Source: Eledone cirrhosa (lineage: Eukaryota). Taken from it: DNA of 64,000 bases. The stretch is taken from contig OZ024742.1 in assembly GCA_964016885.1 (NCBI GenBank), forward strand, positions 36,642,001 to 36,706,000, written 5' to 3'. Below the pieces are notes generated by a model. That model saw only the letters and a list, made by a program, of their open reading frames with translations, ran no database searches and was not told where the DNA came from. Of this stretch, positions 25,023-39,671 are shown piece after piece. Both the position numbers and the translations under genes were made by a program. The stretch's first letter is position 1; every line of letters begins with the position of its first letter.

Positions 25023-25254
25023 CGTGTCTAATAATACATTGAAATGTTGGCCGGAAAAAGAATGCCAGCACCACTTGTGACTATAGCCTAGATGAATTAA
25101 GGTTACTATTAGTAAATTGAGATGGCTACAATAAACATTTATGTATTGATGTTACATGTAATAGACAAACCTTTAGTGTGAGTTTTTCAATACTATTGTA
25201 TATAAAAACACAAAGAACATATTCATGAGTATTTAGTGCTTTAGGCTTGTGAAG

Positions 25255-25608
25255 ACAAATGGCTTAGTAGTTTTAAAGGTTAGAGTGTCGGGCTTACAAT
25301 CGTAAGGTTGTGAATTCGATTCTCAGACCGGGTGATGCATTGTGTTCTTGAGCAAGACACTTTATTTCACGTTGCTTCAGCTCACTCAGCTGTAGAAATG
25401 AGTTGCAACGTCACTGGTGCCAAGCTGTATCGGCCTTTGTCTTTCCCTTGGACAACATTGGTGGTGTGGAGAAAGGAGAGGGGAGACTGGTATGTATGGG
25501 CGACTGATGGTCTTCCACAAATAACCGTACCCGGACTTATGCCTTGGAGGGGAACTTTCTAGGTGCAAATCCCATGGTCATTCGTGACGGAGGAGCGCCT
25601 TTACCCTT
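25255..25608 (+). mobile_element. tRNA-derived SINE family 3
   Basis: tRNA-like head (TGGCTTAGT...GGTTAGAGTG...GAATTCGATTC) and central TGTGTTCTTGAGCAAGACACTTT...CACTCAGCTGTAGAAATGAGT. Confidence 0.65.
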
Positions 25609-25910
25609 AGGCTTATCCTACAACATGCGCTTGTTTATTTAGCGTCCTATACTAGATCTACAATGTGTTTGGCTATTTAACACTCTACAATGTGTGATTG
25701 TGTATTCAAACTCCTCAGTTCGTCATACAACAATATACGTCTAAGTATTTTGCACTCTCGACCAGCTCTACAATATGTGCTTGGTTCCCTTTAGGCTTAC
25801 CCTACAATGTATGTCTGGGTATTTAACACTCTTGGTTCGCCATACAATGGTACCTGAATATTTAGCGCCCGAGGCTAGCTCTACAATGTGCGCCCCCTTC
25901 TCTCTTGGTC
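25608..25910 (-). repeat. Degenerate ~40-bp tandem array (inverse of 49670-50265)
   Basis: Recurring CTACAAT(G/A)TG...GTATTTA(A/G)C. Terminal flank TGTGCGCCCCCTTCTCTC corresponds to GGGAGAAGAGGGTGCACA at ~49672. Confidence 0.75.
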
Positions 25911-26937
25911 GAGAAAACAGCACCAACATAACTTACGACTGTAGCCGAGATGAATTAGGTTTACTACTTGCATACTGAGAGGTCGACAATAAACACTTAG
26001 GTATTATTACGTCACATGTAATATGCCAATCTCGAGTGGTCACATTACAACACTTTATTGTAATGTATTGTTTCTATATAAGTCGTTGTGTGTATTGAGC
26101 TGTCACTAGGAATTACTTCGAGCTTTTAAAAATATATATAAAAGTTTTAAATGAAACCACATAATCAAGAACCAGGCTAACAAAATTTCCCCTTATTGTG
26201 GACGCAGCATACTGGGTTGGTTAAGAAGTTTGTTTTACAATCTTAGAGTCCCGAGTTCGATCTTACTTCTTCGCATTTTGTCACGTGACATTTACCATAA
26301 CATTCGGCCGACAGAAGCTTTGTGGGTAAAATTGGGCAGATATTTGAATACTCATCGGATGGCCTGTAACTCAAAGGGCCAGCTGAGAATTATGTTATGG
26401 TTGTACACGTGCCAGTGGAACATTCAACCATTTACACTATAATACAAGATGGGCTGTACCTGCAATTCAAAGAACCGGCATTATCATGCTGAATCTCCCT
26501 GAGAATTATGTTAAGAGTATAGATGTCTATGGAGTGCTCGGCCACTTGCACGCTAATTTCACCAGTAGGTTGTTCCTTTGATCAAACAACTAAAGCACTC
26601 ATCTTCGAAAACGATGGAGGTCCATTCCATGTTTCTATGTAAGCTGTTTTATGTGTTTAGCTGTTACTTCGACCAGAATTGTTTTGGGTGATCAGGAAGT
26701 AGGCTAACACAATTTCAGATCAGCGAGTAGTAATTTAAACTGGTTTATAATTATATTACATTAAATCTTAATTAATTAAACTTATTTCATAATTTTATCG
26801 TAATTGTTGATCACAATGTGCGATATCACATTGTGTGAAATTATTCAAAATTATTGGAGTGCGTGCCGAAGAGTTTCTGGATTTTTCGATCATTTCGCTA
26901 TATTTATCAACTACATTTGTGTTCGTATCACTGTTAA

Positions 26938-27161
26938 CTTTTTCGTTGCCTTATTTTCAATAACACTGCCTAGGAATTTTTAATAGTTTTGAAAATAATC
27001 AATTTGGCGCGGTTTAATAATATAACTCGCTTTATCATTATTAAACTGGTGTTCGGAATATAACTTAACAAAGGTTTTTTACGTAAAAAGCTTTTAAATA
27101 AAACCAGCAGGTTTATATCATAAAACGAAGGACGGTTTCTGGCGGTTTGGTATCAGCGGGG
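26938..27161. mobile_element. TTAA-flanked MITE (piggyBac-like); inverse copy at 35034-35296
   Basis: TTAA-CTTTTTCG...GCGGGG-TTAA and TTAA-CCCTTTT...AAAAGG-TTA. The internal sequence is shared between the two copies. Confidence 0.5.
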
Positions 27162-27332
27162 TTAAAATAGTCTATCACGATGGTATCTCTATTTATGCTA
27201 TGGTAAAGGTACTTGCTCAACATGTCCCGTAGTTGGTATTATTGTTTTAGTAACAACAAATGTGCACTAACTCCAACATAACCTGTCACTTTAGGTTTCC
27301 AACTTAGAATACTACTAAGTGTGTGTCTGCTG

Positions 27333-28255
27333 TGGCAGTATCGGTAGAGGGTCGGACGCCATTCTTTGACGCATAGAGTAACGGCCCTTACAATTCTGAG
27401 TTCAAATCCCGCCGAGGTTAACTTTGCCTTTCATACTTACGGGGTCGATAAAATAAAGTACCAGTAATGCACTGGGTAATTGCTGGCCTTGTGCCAAAAG
27501 TAGAAACAATTATTATTTCTCATCAACTCGAGCAGATAAATCTTTTGCCTAAATAGAATAAACAAATCATTATTGTGTTAATAACAGCCAATGTGTTCCA
27601 AGAACTCCAACATAAACTGTCACCATAGGTCAACCACTTAGTATATCACAAAGCATGTGATCGTATTAAAGCAAAAATTAATCGGAAAATAAAAGTTAGT
27701 ATTAATATATTTAACGTAGGACGGTGGATTGGTAATATCAGTACAGCGTCGGACAGCATGCTTTGTGGCATAGAGTTACGGCCTTTTACGTTCTGAGTTC
27801 AAATCCTGTCGAGGTTAACTTTGCCTTTCATCCTTACGGGGTCAATAAAATAAAGAACCAGTAATCCACTTGGGTCGATTTAATCGACTTTCCTCTCCTT
27901 TGTGCCTAAAGTAGAAACAGTTATTATTATTATTGTTTGGCGGTGTATCGGTAGAGGGTTGGACGCCATGCTTTCTAGCATAGTTACGTCCCTTTACAGT
28001 CTGAGTTCAAATCCCGCCGAGGTTAACTTTGCCTTTCATCCTTACGGGGGTCGATAAAATAAAGTACCAGTAATGCACTGGGTAATTGCTGACCTTGTAC
28101 CAAAGTAGAAACAATTATTATTATTCTCCGTAACCTTACACTTGTACAGTATTATAGGTGGATTGGCAGTATCGGTAGAGAGTCGGACGCCATGCTTTGA
28201 CGCATAGAGTTACGCCCCTTGCCATTCTGAGTTCAAATCGCGCCGAGATTAACTT
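27333..28255 (+). mobile_element. Four same-orientation SINE family 1 copies (27333-27515, 27720-27925, 27940-28125, 28158-28255)
   Basis: Repeated GGCAGTATCGGTAGAG.GTCGGAC...GAGTTCAAATC head and core. Confidence 0.9.
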
Positions 28256-28375
28256 TTTTTTTTTAAATCTTGCTGATTAAAAATTAAACTTTAATTACAT
28301 TAAGGTTAAATATTCTAACATAGAGAGCATTTATTAGATTCTTAGACCCCACCTAAGATACTTTACAGACATACT

Positions 28376-28409
<34 letters not shown>

Positions 28410-29263
28410 TATATATATATATACATGCGCAGGGGTAGAGAGAGATGTTTGTGCGTATAGGCATGCTGCTGCTGTTGGTGTTGATGATGATGATGCCAAT
28501 GATGACGATGATAGGTGTATATAGAGTAAGTAGGTACAATACGTGTATATACAGTAAGTAGGTACTAAAACAACATCAGAACTAAAGAACACCACAGAGG
28601 CACTCTCAAGACGAATCAAAATAAAATACCACCAACAACGACAACAACAATTATAACAACAGCAACCAGAGACTCTTCAGAAACCAAAGAGTTTTTAAGA
28701 GGTTTTTCAAGGTTTTTAAGGGTCAAAGATCGTGCGAACCTTTATGTGGTGTGTCTTGAATGCTCATAATACGTAGATTGAAATACCGCTGACATGAAGT
28801 TCCCATCACAATCATGTGATCTTAGGGTCATAATTGAGGGGTACCTGAAAGCATATACATGTTTGTGTATAATAAACATGTATAAGTCTCGCTGTAGTAC
28901 ATTAAGCTAAGATCATGTCACATCTTTCTCAGTGGTTGCGTGAGACTACAAGTTACCAGAGTGAGACTTCTATTGGTGGTGGTGGTGGTGGTGGTAGGAG
29001 GGAGGGGGTGATGGCGGTGATGCTAGTTGCGTTGGTGGTGTTGATATTGTTGTTTGTGGTTGGTCCAGTGGTGGTATTGATATATCTGTGGCAGATTTGT
29101 TATATTGAGAAGAATGCTTGAAGGAAATGTCCCCTTTAGACCACAATACACAGACACAAGTGGATGTGTTGACAACAACTTTAACTCCTACACAACAACA
29201 TTAAAACACTAACAATAACGTTGAAAGAGAAGGTTAACCCTTTAGCATTTAAACCGGCCATAT

Positions 29264-29296
<33 letters not shown>

Positions 29297-30093
29297 GTGG
29301 TGGTGGTGGTGGTGGTGGTGGTGGTGGTGGTGGTGGTGGAGGTGGTGGTGGTGATGGTGGTGGTGTTGATGCTGTTTTTTATGATGTTTTTGTTACTGCG
29401 GTCATTGTTGATGAGGATGCCGTTTTTTCTTAATGTTGTTGATGATGATGCTGATGTGGTTGTTGATGTTATTCGTATTGTCATTGTTGTTGCTTTTGTT
29501 CGTTGGTCTAGACTCTAGAGCCGAGGGCACTGTCTCTTCCTCTAAACTCAATAGAAAGGGGCATTGCCCACGGCCCTTACAGATCCTTCCTCCAGGACTG
29601 AAGAGATTGTTGCCGTTGATGTTTTTGTTACCTTGTTGCGGGTCCAATTTAGTGGAGAATGACGTCAAGGGGGGGGGGGGTCCATAAGGCTGCCATTCTG
29701 GGCAGGAATAATTGGGTAGAAAGATTTGTGAGGTGATGCAAGACGAGGTAGTCGGGAGTACCTCAATGAAGATGACATTAATCTAATAAGCTTAGAGGAT
29801 CAATGGCCATTGTAATAACGGTAAAATAGACAGAAGGAGACAGCACATCTGTGAGCCAGAGGCTGGAGATTGTCAGAGAATGACATGAACTTACAGGTGG
29901 TGAACTTGCAAGCTATCACCTATGTATCTCTTCCGGCTCTAAGTTCTGAGTTCAAATCACGTTAAACTGTCACGTGCAAATGGTGACGTGATAGGATTGA
30001 GGATCCCTATTATTAAAACAGCCAAGAGTCCTGCTATGTGATGGAACCTCATAAGAGACCTGTGGTGGCGTGATCCATAACAACAACAACAAC

Positions 30094-30184
<91 letters not shown>

Positions 30185-30584
30185 GTATGTATACATATAT
30201 GCGTACAATTGGTCTGAGTTTCTCTATCATTAAAACACCGAAGAGACCGTCTATGAGATGGAACCTCATGTGAGACTGGCTAAACCTACATAGATATGAG
30301 CAATAACAATAACAAGTCATTGATATGATCCAATGGCATCCAATGGTAACGTTACACAAAATATACAATACAGACGACCAAGAAATCGATCTCTTACAGA
30401 AATCCAAAATGAAATCCAAAAAGCCGAGACGCCATTCGTCACGTGAGTAAAACAAAATGTAATACTCTTTTACTCTTTTACCTGTTTCAGCCATCCGGCT
30501 GAGGCCATGCTGGGGCACCGCCCTTGAATATCTACTTATTTGAAATTGTTTGGCCATACACAGACAAAATTGATTTCCTAGAAA

Positions 30585-31460
30585 TGTTTTCTGATTTAGG
30601 CACAAGGCCAACAATTTTGGAGGAGAGGAAAGTCGATTGAATCGACTCCAGTGCGTTACTGGTACTTTATTTTATCGACCCCGAACGGTAAAATACAAAG
30701 TTAACCTCGGCGGGTTTTGAACTCAGAACGTAAAAGGATGTAACTATATGTCGCAAAGCATGTTGTTCGATGTTCTATCGATATTGCCATTAATAATAAT
30801 GGTTTCTAGGACGGTCAATTGGCAGTATCGGTAGAGCGTCGGACAACATGCTTTGCAGCATAGAGTTACAGCCCTTTATGATCTGAGTTCAAATCCCGCC
30901 AAGGTTAACTTTGCCTTTCATCCTTACGGGGTCGATAAAATAAAATGCCAGTCACGCACTGGGGTCGATTTAATCGATTTTCTCCTCCCCAAAAATTGCT
31001 GGCCTTGTGCCTACATAAGAAACGATTAATGATAATGGTTTCTGATTTAGGCACAAAGAGAGGGAAAAGTGATTAAATCGCCCCAGTGCATTACTGGTAC
31101 TTTATTTTATCGACCCCTGTAAAGATGAAAGGCAAAGTTAACCTCGGCGTGATTAGAACTCAGAACGTAAAAATTCGGAACAAATGCCGCTTTTTGTCCG
31201 ATGCTCTAACGATTCTACCAATTCACCATCTTAATAAGAATGAGAATCATGATTTCTAATATAGGCACAGGGCCGGTAAGTTTTTTTGGGGGGATATAAA
31301 ATCAATTAAAGCAAGCCTTCTCCCAGTACTTAACAAATACTTTAGGATTAAGAAGGATTAAGGCAATGTTATCCTCGACAAGATTCGAACTCGGAATGTA
31401 AACATCCGGAGCAATGACTGCAAACCAGTTTGTTCGGTGCTCTAACGATTTAGCAAATCC
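30585..31460. mobile_element. Alternating-orientation SINE family 1 cluster (minus 30585-30790, plus 30805-31030, minus 31035-31230, minus 31250-31460)
   Basis: Core motif seen on both strands. Confidence 0.85.
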
Positions 31461-31626
31461 AGTTCCGGCTATGTCTGTTCTGAGTTCAAATCCCGTCTCT
31501 AGTCACTTCTGTCAAATAGTAACAGCAATGGAAAAAACTAATCGAAACAAATATAGTTTTCCTTAGGATCGATCTGACGAACCCTCGACTCCTTTCCTTC
31601 TTAGTATTTAACGCATTTCTAATACG

Positions 31627-31627
31627 A

Positions 31628-31683
<56 letters not shown>

Positions 31684-31687
31684 AATA

Positions 31688-31735
<48 letters not shown>

Positions 31736-31789
31736 AGAACAGGAAGACAGAAAAAAAGAAAGAAAGAAAGAAGAACAGGAAGACAGAAA

Positions 31790-31822
<33 letters not shown>

Positions 31823-31857
31823 GAAAAAAGAAAGAAAGAAAAAAAGAAAGATAGGAA

Positions 31858-31930
<73 letters not shown>

Positions 31931-31945
31931 GAAGAAAGAAAGAAA
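31627..31945. repeat. (GAAA)n microsatellite
   Basis: Read directly from the sequence. Confidence 0.95.
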
Positions 31946-32654
31946 ATGGCGGTCTGTGGAAATCTTGCAGCTCTCACTTGATAAAGATCATTGATGTGTG
32001 TAATGACAATTTTTCCACAACAGTAATGAGATAATCCCAAGGTCATTATTAAATCACTTCATTTACAAACGAAATGCCTGCCGGGTAATGCTAAGGAATT
32101 CTGGGTAACGTTGAGGAATGAAACGAAATAAAACAAACAAATCATAACTCAAACGTCTTTCTTACTTTTCTTTGTGTTTGTTTTAAGTGTTTTTATTTTC
32201 AATTTTTGTCTTATTTATTGTTACATTGCTTTCTTAATTTGCACACACACACATACATACACACACACATATATACATACAGACATACACAGAAACGGGT
32301 GTGTATGTATGTTGTAAACATGACGATTGACCGAGTTCATCAGTGGTTGTTCTCCCATCCCCTAAACACACCCACTGACCTTGGTTCAAACTTCGACAAT
32401 GAAGTTTTTATAATGTATAACCTGGCTACTGTGTTGATATAATATAGGGTTTGTGGAGATGTGAACTTAACTGAGAATAGCAGGGGGTAGCAGGGGGTGA
32501 GCGAAGGAGTGGGGAGAAGGGATGAGTTAGAGGATAAGAGAATTGAGAGAGAAGTGATGATGTGGGTAGAGGGTGTTATAGGAGGGAAAGAGGAAAGGAA
32601 GAAGGAGAGGGAAAAGTATGAATTCCTCTTTATTTTCATTAATTTTTATCTAAG

Positions 32655-32838
32655 GGTGGTGAATTGGCAGTGTCGGTAGAGGATCGGATGCCATGCTTTA
32701 CAGCATAGTTACGTCCCTTTACGTTCTGAGTTCAAATCCTGCCAAGGTTAACTTTGCTTTTCATTCTTACGGGGTCGATAAAATTACCAGTAACGTACTG
32801 GTAATTACTGGCCTTGTGCCAAAAGTAGAAACAATTAA
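32655..32838 (+). mobile_element. SINE family 1, full-length
   Basis: Head, core and tail present. Confidence 0.85.
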
Positions 32839-33262
32839 TTTCTCTCTAGATTTGGTTGTGGGGAAGGGACATTGGGGTGTGGTGGAGAAGTAGGGATGTG
32901 GTAGTTGAAATTATAGATGGCACAATGTCGCAGAGTCAATGGCTCATACCATGACATAAGCAGCGGATTGGCAGAGTCGTTAAAGTGTCATATTGAATGC
33001 TTTGCTGTATTTTTTTACCTTTTTTTTTTCTTCTCATTTTTCATCTGAGTTCCAATTTCACCGAAGTCAACTTTGCCCTTCGTCATTTCAGAGTCGATAA
33101 AATAAAGTATCGGTTAAGATGTGTGGATTAACTGAATTTTTAAAGCGTCGTACGAGATGTCTAATGACATCTGTTCCTGCTCTCTGTACACTGATTTCAA
33201 ATCCTTCCAAGATCGCCTTTGACTTTCGTCCTTTCGTAGACACACTTATACACACTCATATA

Positions 33263-34514
33263 TAGGGTGCGTCAGTTTTTTTAGGACATTTGCATGAATT
33301 TAGATAAAGAGGTATAGCACATCAAAGAAATGCTATATTTAGATACAAATTGGTACAAATATTATTTACAATACTTTTATATCTATTCAATGAATCCTCC
33401 ATTAGCTTTAATGACTGCTTCAATACAGGGTTTGATGTGTTGGCATGCCTGAATCAGAAGACCTCTATCAATATTGGACATTGTGATGGTAATAGCGGAC
33501 ATGAGAGATTCTATTGTGTTGTGAGGGTGATGATTGGCCTCTCTTTCAACTTCGCTCCATACGTAACAGTCCAGGGAATAGAGCTCTGTGAACTAGAAGA
33601 CTATTTGTCTGGAAGAACGTGGTCATGGAGATTGTCACACATCAATGCTTGTGAACTTCTGGCCTTATGAGAGAGTGCAGAGTCTTTGGGGAAGACGAAT
33701 GGTATTCTGTGGCTTACCTCTCTATCTAGGGTTTCATCACTGTCTCCGACGCCTCTTTGTAGACGGCATCGTTGACTCTTAAGCACTGAGAAAAAATGAG
33801 GAGGCCTGACATCTCCCTCGTTGCTGACGACACCAAGAACCATCACAGTCGCTGGAAATTTGGTGTCCATGACCATTGAAACCTCATTGGTCTCTGTATA
33901 GACAACAATCGTTCCTTCGGTTTACCATTTGGTTCAGATCAATGTTTTTCTCGTTAGAAAAGAACCAAAGCATTCCAGCTCCTCGATGTTTTATCTTATT
34001 CAGTAAGCGCTTTGCACAGGCCAAACTATTTTCTTTTGTCACATCCAACATAAACTGGCCTGTCCGCATCACGTACGACTTGTATCGGATGTCTTCATGA
34101 ACACCTCTCTGATGGTGCATTCTCAAACCTTAAGGTCCTTGGGATGGCTCTGTTTGACTTTCCTTTGATTTTATCGATTAATTTTTGAATTTTTTTTGTA
34201 ATAAAATTAGGCGTTCTGATTGTATTAGGACCTTGTCAATGCGTTTTGCCCTTGGCTGCTGATGTTGGATAATTGTCAGCAACTTCCAGATCCTTTCTAA
34301 CTTTAACGAGGAAGGATGAGGCAACTTTCAAGAAGGAAGCTACCACTGTATCACTATGTTATGTTATTGAGGTAACAATTACAGCGTGTCTCTTCATTTG
34401 CTGAGTCAATTTAATATCTGGCATTTTTTATCTGAAAACTTAAAATAAAACAAATTAGTAATAAGAAAACTAGAGCTCAAGAAACAGGAGTCCTTAAAAA
34501 ACTGACGCATCTTG
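33263..34514 (-). mobile_element. Full-length but decayed Tc1/mariner-superfamily DNA transposon (maT/DD37D-like)
   Basis: TIRs TAGGGTGCGTCAGTTTTTTTAGGAC / GTCCTTAAAAAACTGACGCATCTTG in TA context. Transposase motifs FFSNEKN (FSDEK), TKFPATVMVLGVVSNEGDVRPPHFF, KDSALSHKA (QDxAxxH) and PLDCYVWS (PDLNPLDY..W). Confidence 0.85.
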
Positions 34515-34549
34515 TTTATATATATATATATATATATAAAAACAATATA

Positions 34550-34676
<127 letters not shown>

Positions 34677-35654
34677 TATGCGCGCACACGTGTAGGGTGC
34701 TGCAATATTACCCACTCTCGTAAAATGTTTTAGCACCCCTCGTATTTATACGTTGCTTATATATATATATGCATACATATGTATCTGTTGAGTGTGTGTG
34801 TGTGTGTGTGTGTTTATTTAACATTTGCGTTTGTTTAATATATAGTAACTTAATCTGGCTACCGACAATTTCAAGTAGTTATGGAGGTGTGATGACTCAC
34901 GCAATAATCATCCGGTTTCTCTGTCAGCAGTTGATCGCTTACTTAACTACATTCACTCACCAGTTAGTGTTAGTGTTAGTCTTTACTACACACAGTCACT
35001 TCAGTATATTATATACGATATGACATATTTTAACCCTTTTGAGACCAAATCGCATGGAACCGTCCCTGGTTCTACGATACAAAATTGTTTATTTTAAAGT
35101 GTTTATGTTTATCTGAAAATATTATGTCATAATTTTATCTAAGAACCTTTGTAAGGTTATGTTCCAAACACTATATAAATGATAATAAAATTAGTTATAT
35201 TTTTTAAGTATTTGTGGGAACAAATACTTGATTAGTTTTTTAATTATTTGAAAATCATAGGCAATGTTTTTCATCAAACATATGGCAAGGAAAAGGTTAT
35301 ACTGTCATGTCCTAACATTTGAAGAAGCCGATTGTGAGACTGGACCAATGAAAAAAGGTTTGCATTAGTCTTTCCATTGCTGATATTATACTATCTGTCG
35401 GTCGAAATTTGAACTCTTTGCGCAGAAAGCCAGGATTAATATCGTGGTATTTAATCCGATAATCTAACAACTCTACCGATTCGCCGCTTCACATCGGGCT
35501 CACATTATCTGGACATATTACATCATACAACACGCTGTAACTTCTAACGTGGGTGCAGCATAGTCGAATGGTTAAGAAGTTCGCTTCGCAATCATTAAGT
35601 CCTGGGTTCGTTTACCATAGCTTCGGCTTAATCATGCCTTGGACGTGAAATTGG

Positions 35655-36080
35655 TTGTCTTCCACAAGAATGTTGAGAAAAGGAGGACGTGCGAGGCAAT
35701 TAAAAAAAGGTACGTTGGTACCCAGATTTCTGCGAGGCACCAATGATTGGAAAGTACAGGCTAACTTGAAAACAACGCTTGTATCCCCAAACCATATTGC
35801 TATAACAGCACTACGTCCCGACATCTGGCATGGTCTGACTCAATAAAACAAAGTCTTAATTGTTGAGTTAACGGAAGGCAATATTTTGTGGACTCGTGAA
35901 AGAAAATACATACAATTTGAAGAGCTAAATGAGTTCGGTTGAGGTCGGATGTCGTATTTTTGTGGCTATATCTACCATGTTCTAATTGACTGTCATTGGA
36001 CTTGTAATGGTGAATAGGAGTGATTAAAGAACTGGAGAGTGAGACGAGGAAAAACTTCATTGTGGATATGGTAAAAGCAT
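35655..36080 (+). pseudogene. HERO/NeSL-like RLE endonuclease remnant
   Basis: DWKVQANLKTTLVSPNHIAITALRPDI, then VLIVELT and EVGCRIFV across frameshifts, giving a PD..E pattern of R2-group RLE domains. Confidence 0.65.
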
Positions 36081-36490
36081 TTACGTAAATTACAAACTTT
36101 TAGGGCAGAGAAAAATCCCTCAGCAAGGAGTAAACATCATAATGCGTGAATGATGGGAATGGTTACAGCAGCATTATTCTGGTGATAGTAGCATGGATAA
36201 TAAGAATGATGGTACAGAGTAGACTATAGAACCAGGATATTCTGTGCTGGCATCAATGATGCTTAGCACTTCTAGATGGCATGGTACTGTGGAACATCTG
36301 GGCGCACGCGCAGAAGGACGTGTTTTTTTTTGCCTGCGGCGTATCACAAAATTGAATTTCATCTGAACATACCGTTCTCATAACAAGAACAAATGCATGA
36401 ATACATCTTGGATTGCATAAGAGAACCGTTGAAATAATTATTATGAATAAACATTTATATAACATCAGCATCTTTCTTAATGTTATTCTC

Positions 36491-36526
<36 letters not shown>

Positions 36527-36869
36527 ATGTGTGTGTGTGTGTGTGTGTATATATACATATGTGTGTGTGTGTGTGTGTGTGCGTTCATGTACACACACAG
36601 GCGCACACATATACACACAATTATACACATGATACATACATCTAATAAAAATTATACAGTAACCTTCAATTATCACATGATTTTTAGCTATTCCAGCAAA
36701 CATCAGACAGGTCGAAAGTCACCAATCTATTGTCTCTTTGTTTTCTTATGCATCCTCTGATTTCACTTATCTCGTCTGCTTTCCTCCAGTTTAAAACGTC
36801 CTTACTCTCTAACCAACCAATCAGCCAAACGTCCTATCTGATCTAGACTATCTCCATTGTCGTCTTTAA

Positions 36870-37198
36870 TCGTTCTGAGTTCAAATCCCGCCTAGGTTAG
36901 CTTTGCCTTTCATTCTTACGGGGTTGGTAAAATAAAGTACCAGTAATACACCGGGGTCGATTTAATCGTCTTTCCCCTCCCCCCCCCCAAATCGTTGTCC
37001 TAAATCAGAAACCATTGGCAGTATCGGTAGAGAGTCGGACGCCATGCTTTCCAGCATAGAGCTATATCCCTTTACGGACTGAGTTCAAATCCCGCCGAGG
37101 TTAACTTTGCCTTTTAACCTTACGGGGTCGATAAAATAAAGTACCAGTAATGTACTGGATAATTGCTGGCCTTGTGCCAAAAAGTAGAAACAATTATT
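36870..37198 (+). mobile_element. Two tandem SINE family 1 copies
   Basis: Core motif at ~36900 and ~37105. Confidence 0.85.
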
Positions 37199-37644
37199 AC
37201 AATATATATTGTTCATCAATGATGATGCGAAATCAGTTTCGACGACGCGTGTTCCAGTTGATCAATTAACTGAACGTCCAAGTCGTGAATTAACGTGTAA
37301 ATGGTTGAGTATTCCGCAGAAATATATAGCCTTTATTTAGTTCCCATGAAAATTCAACGATACAGCATATACCTAGACTTGCTCTTTAAATCACAGGTTC
37401 AGTGTATCTTATATTAGAAGGTAAGTAGCTAAGGATTCAATAGACTTGCATACCGTTAACGTAATTCCCAAGCCCAATCTGTGTGACAAAGTTTAATGTG
37501 ACAAAGCAGCAGATTCAGTCCATTCGGCGGACTTCCATTCAATTTCCGACTACTTCATTTCAGGGTCGACCCGGGGCTATACTGAATCACTTTTGTCTAA
37601 GATACCATCATATGAACTCGAACGCTGGACCTCATAGATAGCAT

Positions 37645-37820
37645 CTGTAATTCAAATGGCCGGCATTATGACACACTGTGTCGCGCTGAATCTCCCTGAG
37701 AATTGCGTTAAGGATATACATTTCTGTAGAATGCACAGCCACTTACATGTTAATTTCACGAACAGGTTGCACCATGATCGAATAACTGGAATAGTCATCT
37801 TCGAAAGTGACTGTGGCCCG
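37645..37820 (+). repeat. Interspersed repeat (other copies ~26455-26625, 37230-37350 minus, 42810-42980)
   Basis: Shared GCTGAATCTCCCTGAGAATT..GTTAAG...CCACTT.CA.G.TAATTTCAC. Confidence 0.65.
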
Positions 37821-38340
37821 CTCTATGTCTATTTGCGTTTGTCAGAGTCTTTAGAACATCGAGTAAAATGCCTAGCGGTACTTATTCCGGTTCCTTGCAT
37901 TCTGTGTTCGAATCCCGCCAAGGTCAACTTTGCCTTTCATCCCTTCAAGTAGTTCTAGAAGAGTGGGAGTGGATTGGAGAAGTTATTAAAGCGATGAACT
38001 GGTTTCATTGTAGAATTTATTCCAGTTCTATGCGTTCTGAGTTCAAATCCTACCATAGCATATTTTGGTGATTTGTTCTGTCGGCTGGATATAAATGTAT
38101 ATACATATGATGTGTGCGTATGTGCGTATGTATGTGTGTATGTGTGCATGTGTATTCGCGCACACATGTTTGTGTGCGTGTGTGTCAGATGGAAATGACT
38201 TCTACAGAACAAACACTATTTTCTTGATGATTTCAACCGCATAAAATAGATTTTGTCATATAAAAGACATTTCTATCAATATATTTGTACCCTTTCTACT
38301 TAATGTACTGAGAACCTTATTTAACTATCTTTCTCTCTTA

Positions 38341-38454
<114 letters not shown>

Positions 38455-38884
38455 CTAAGATAAGCCAGGCGAAAACCACATTCAACACAAGTTGCGATCA
38501 CTTGAATTCCGAGGTGGAATAAAAAATACTGCAAATTCAAGCAAACAATGAGCCTTTGAATTGAAAATACTCGCAGGGTATAGTATAATAAAACAAACAA
38601 GTCCTTCGGTGTTACATCGTTTATTGTATTATGTCCGTTTCAATAACAACCCAGCTCACAGCTATTGCGTCATATAAATTCTAATTCACAGATAATAGCA
38701 TAACAAATTTTAGCAAGACTCAATGGGTAATGTCACATCCTCAGACCGGTAATCCGAATGTAATCAAGAATAAATTTATCTCGTCGAACAAATGCAGTGT
38801 GCTCTATATCCGGTGACATTAACAAAAAAACATAAAAAATACATAGTATGAAAATAAACATATATAATATGAGAATAATGCTCT

Positions 38885-39147
38885 CTGATTTAGGTACAAG
38901 GCCAACAATTTGTGGAGATGGGAAAGTCGCTTAAATCTACCCCCAATGCGTTACTGGTACTTTATTTTACCGACCCAAATCTAACATCGGTGGGATTTCA
39001 ACTCAAACCATAAAGAAACGTAACTATATGTCCGACGCTTTACCAATAATTGTTTCTACTTTTGGCTCAAGGCCAGCAATTATCCCAGGCATTACTGGTA
39101 CTTTATTTTATCGACCTCGAAAGGATGAAAGGCAAAGTTGACCTCGG
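38885..39147 (-). mobile_element. Two partial SINE family 1 copies
   Basis: TTACTGGTACTTTATTTTA.CGACC occurs twice. Confidence 0.75.
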
Positions 39148-39671
39148 GAGAAGAGAGATAGATAAAAAAAATGGTGATGGGAAGTATTTTTCAAACACTT
39201 TCCTCTCTGGAGGGTTCATCAAAGTTTTCCACAAGATCTGGAAGAGAGAAACAAATAAGAATCAAACTTAATGTCCTGTTGCACATGAAACCACAAGATA
39301 TACAAAACAGCACTATGACTGCATCACATTAACCCTTTAAGTGAGATACAGAAGAGAAAAGATAGTTTGGGGATAGGAAAGTCGAGAAAGGAAAATAAAT
39401 GAGCAAGAGAGATGACTCAGGCGTAGAGTCTTAGACATAATGAATTTGTGAGTGGTCAGTTTTTAACAAATGTATATACGAGTCGTTATAAATTTACAAA
39501 AATATAAATATATAAAAAATACAGGAATGAGTATCAGAGAAACAAAGAGATGAGAAATGGTAAATTTAAATAAATCCAGAACCAAACAAATAAAAAGGAA
39601 TTGAGAATATCAAATGTCTGAAGATAAATAAATATATAGGTAGATATCAGTGAAACATATATATGTATATA

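Noticed and set aside
27333-27515. tRNA genes suggested by GGCAGTATCGGTAGAG and GAGTTCAAATC boxes
   Set aside because: No cloverleaf. The boxes are SINE heads followed by a shared core and tail in dozens of copies.
29515-29900. Possible old LINE coding remnant on the minus strand
   Set aside because: No diagnostic motif recognisable by eye. A translated search against a TE protein library would be needed.
34693-34742. Tiny AGGGTGCT...AGCACCC inverted ends
   Set aside because: Too short to distinguish from chance or a collapsed MITE.
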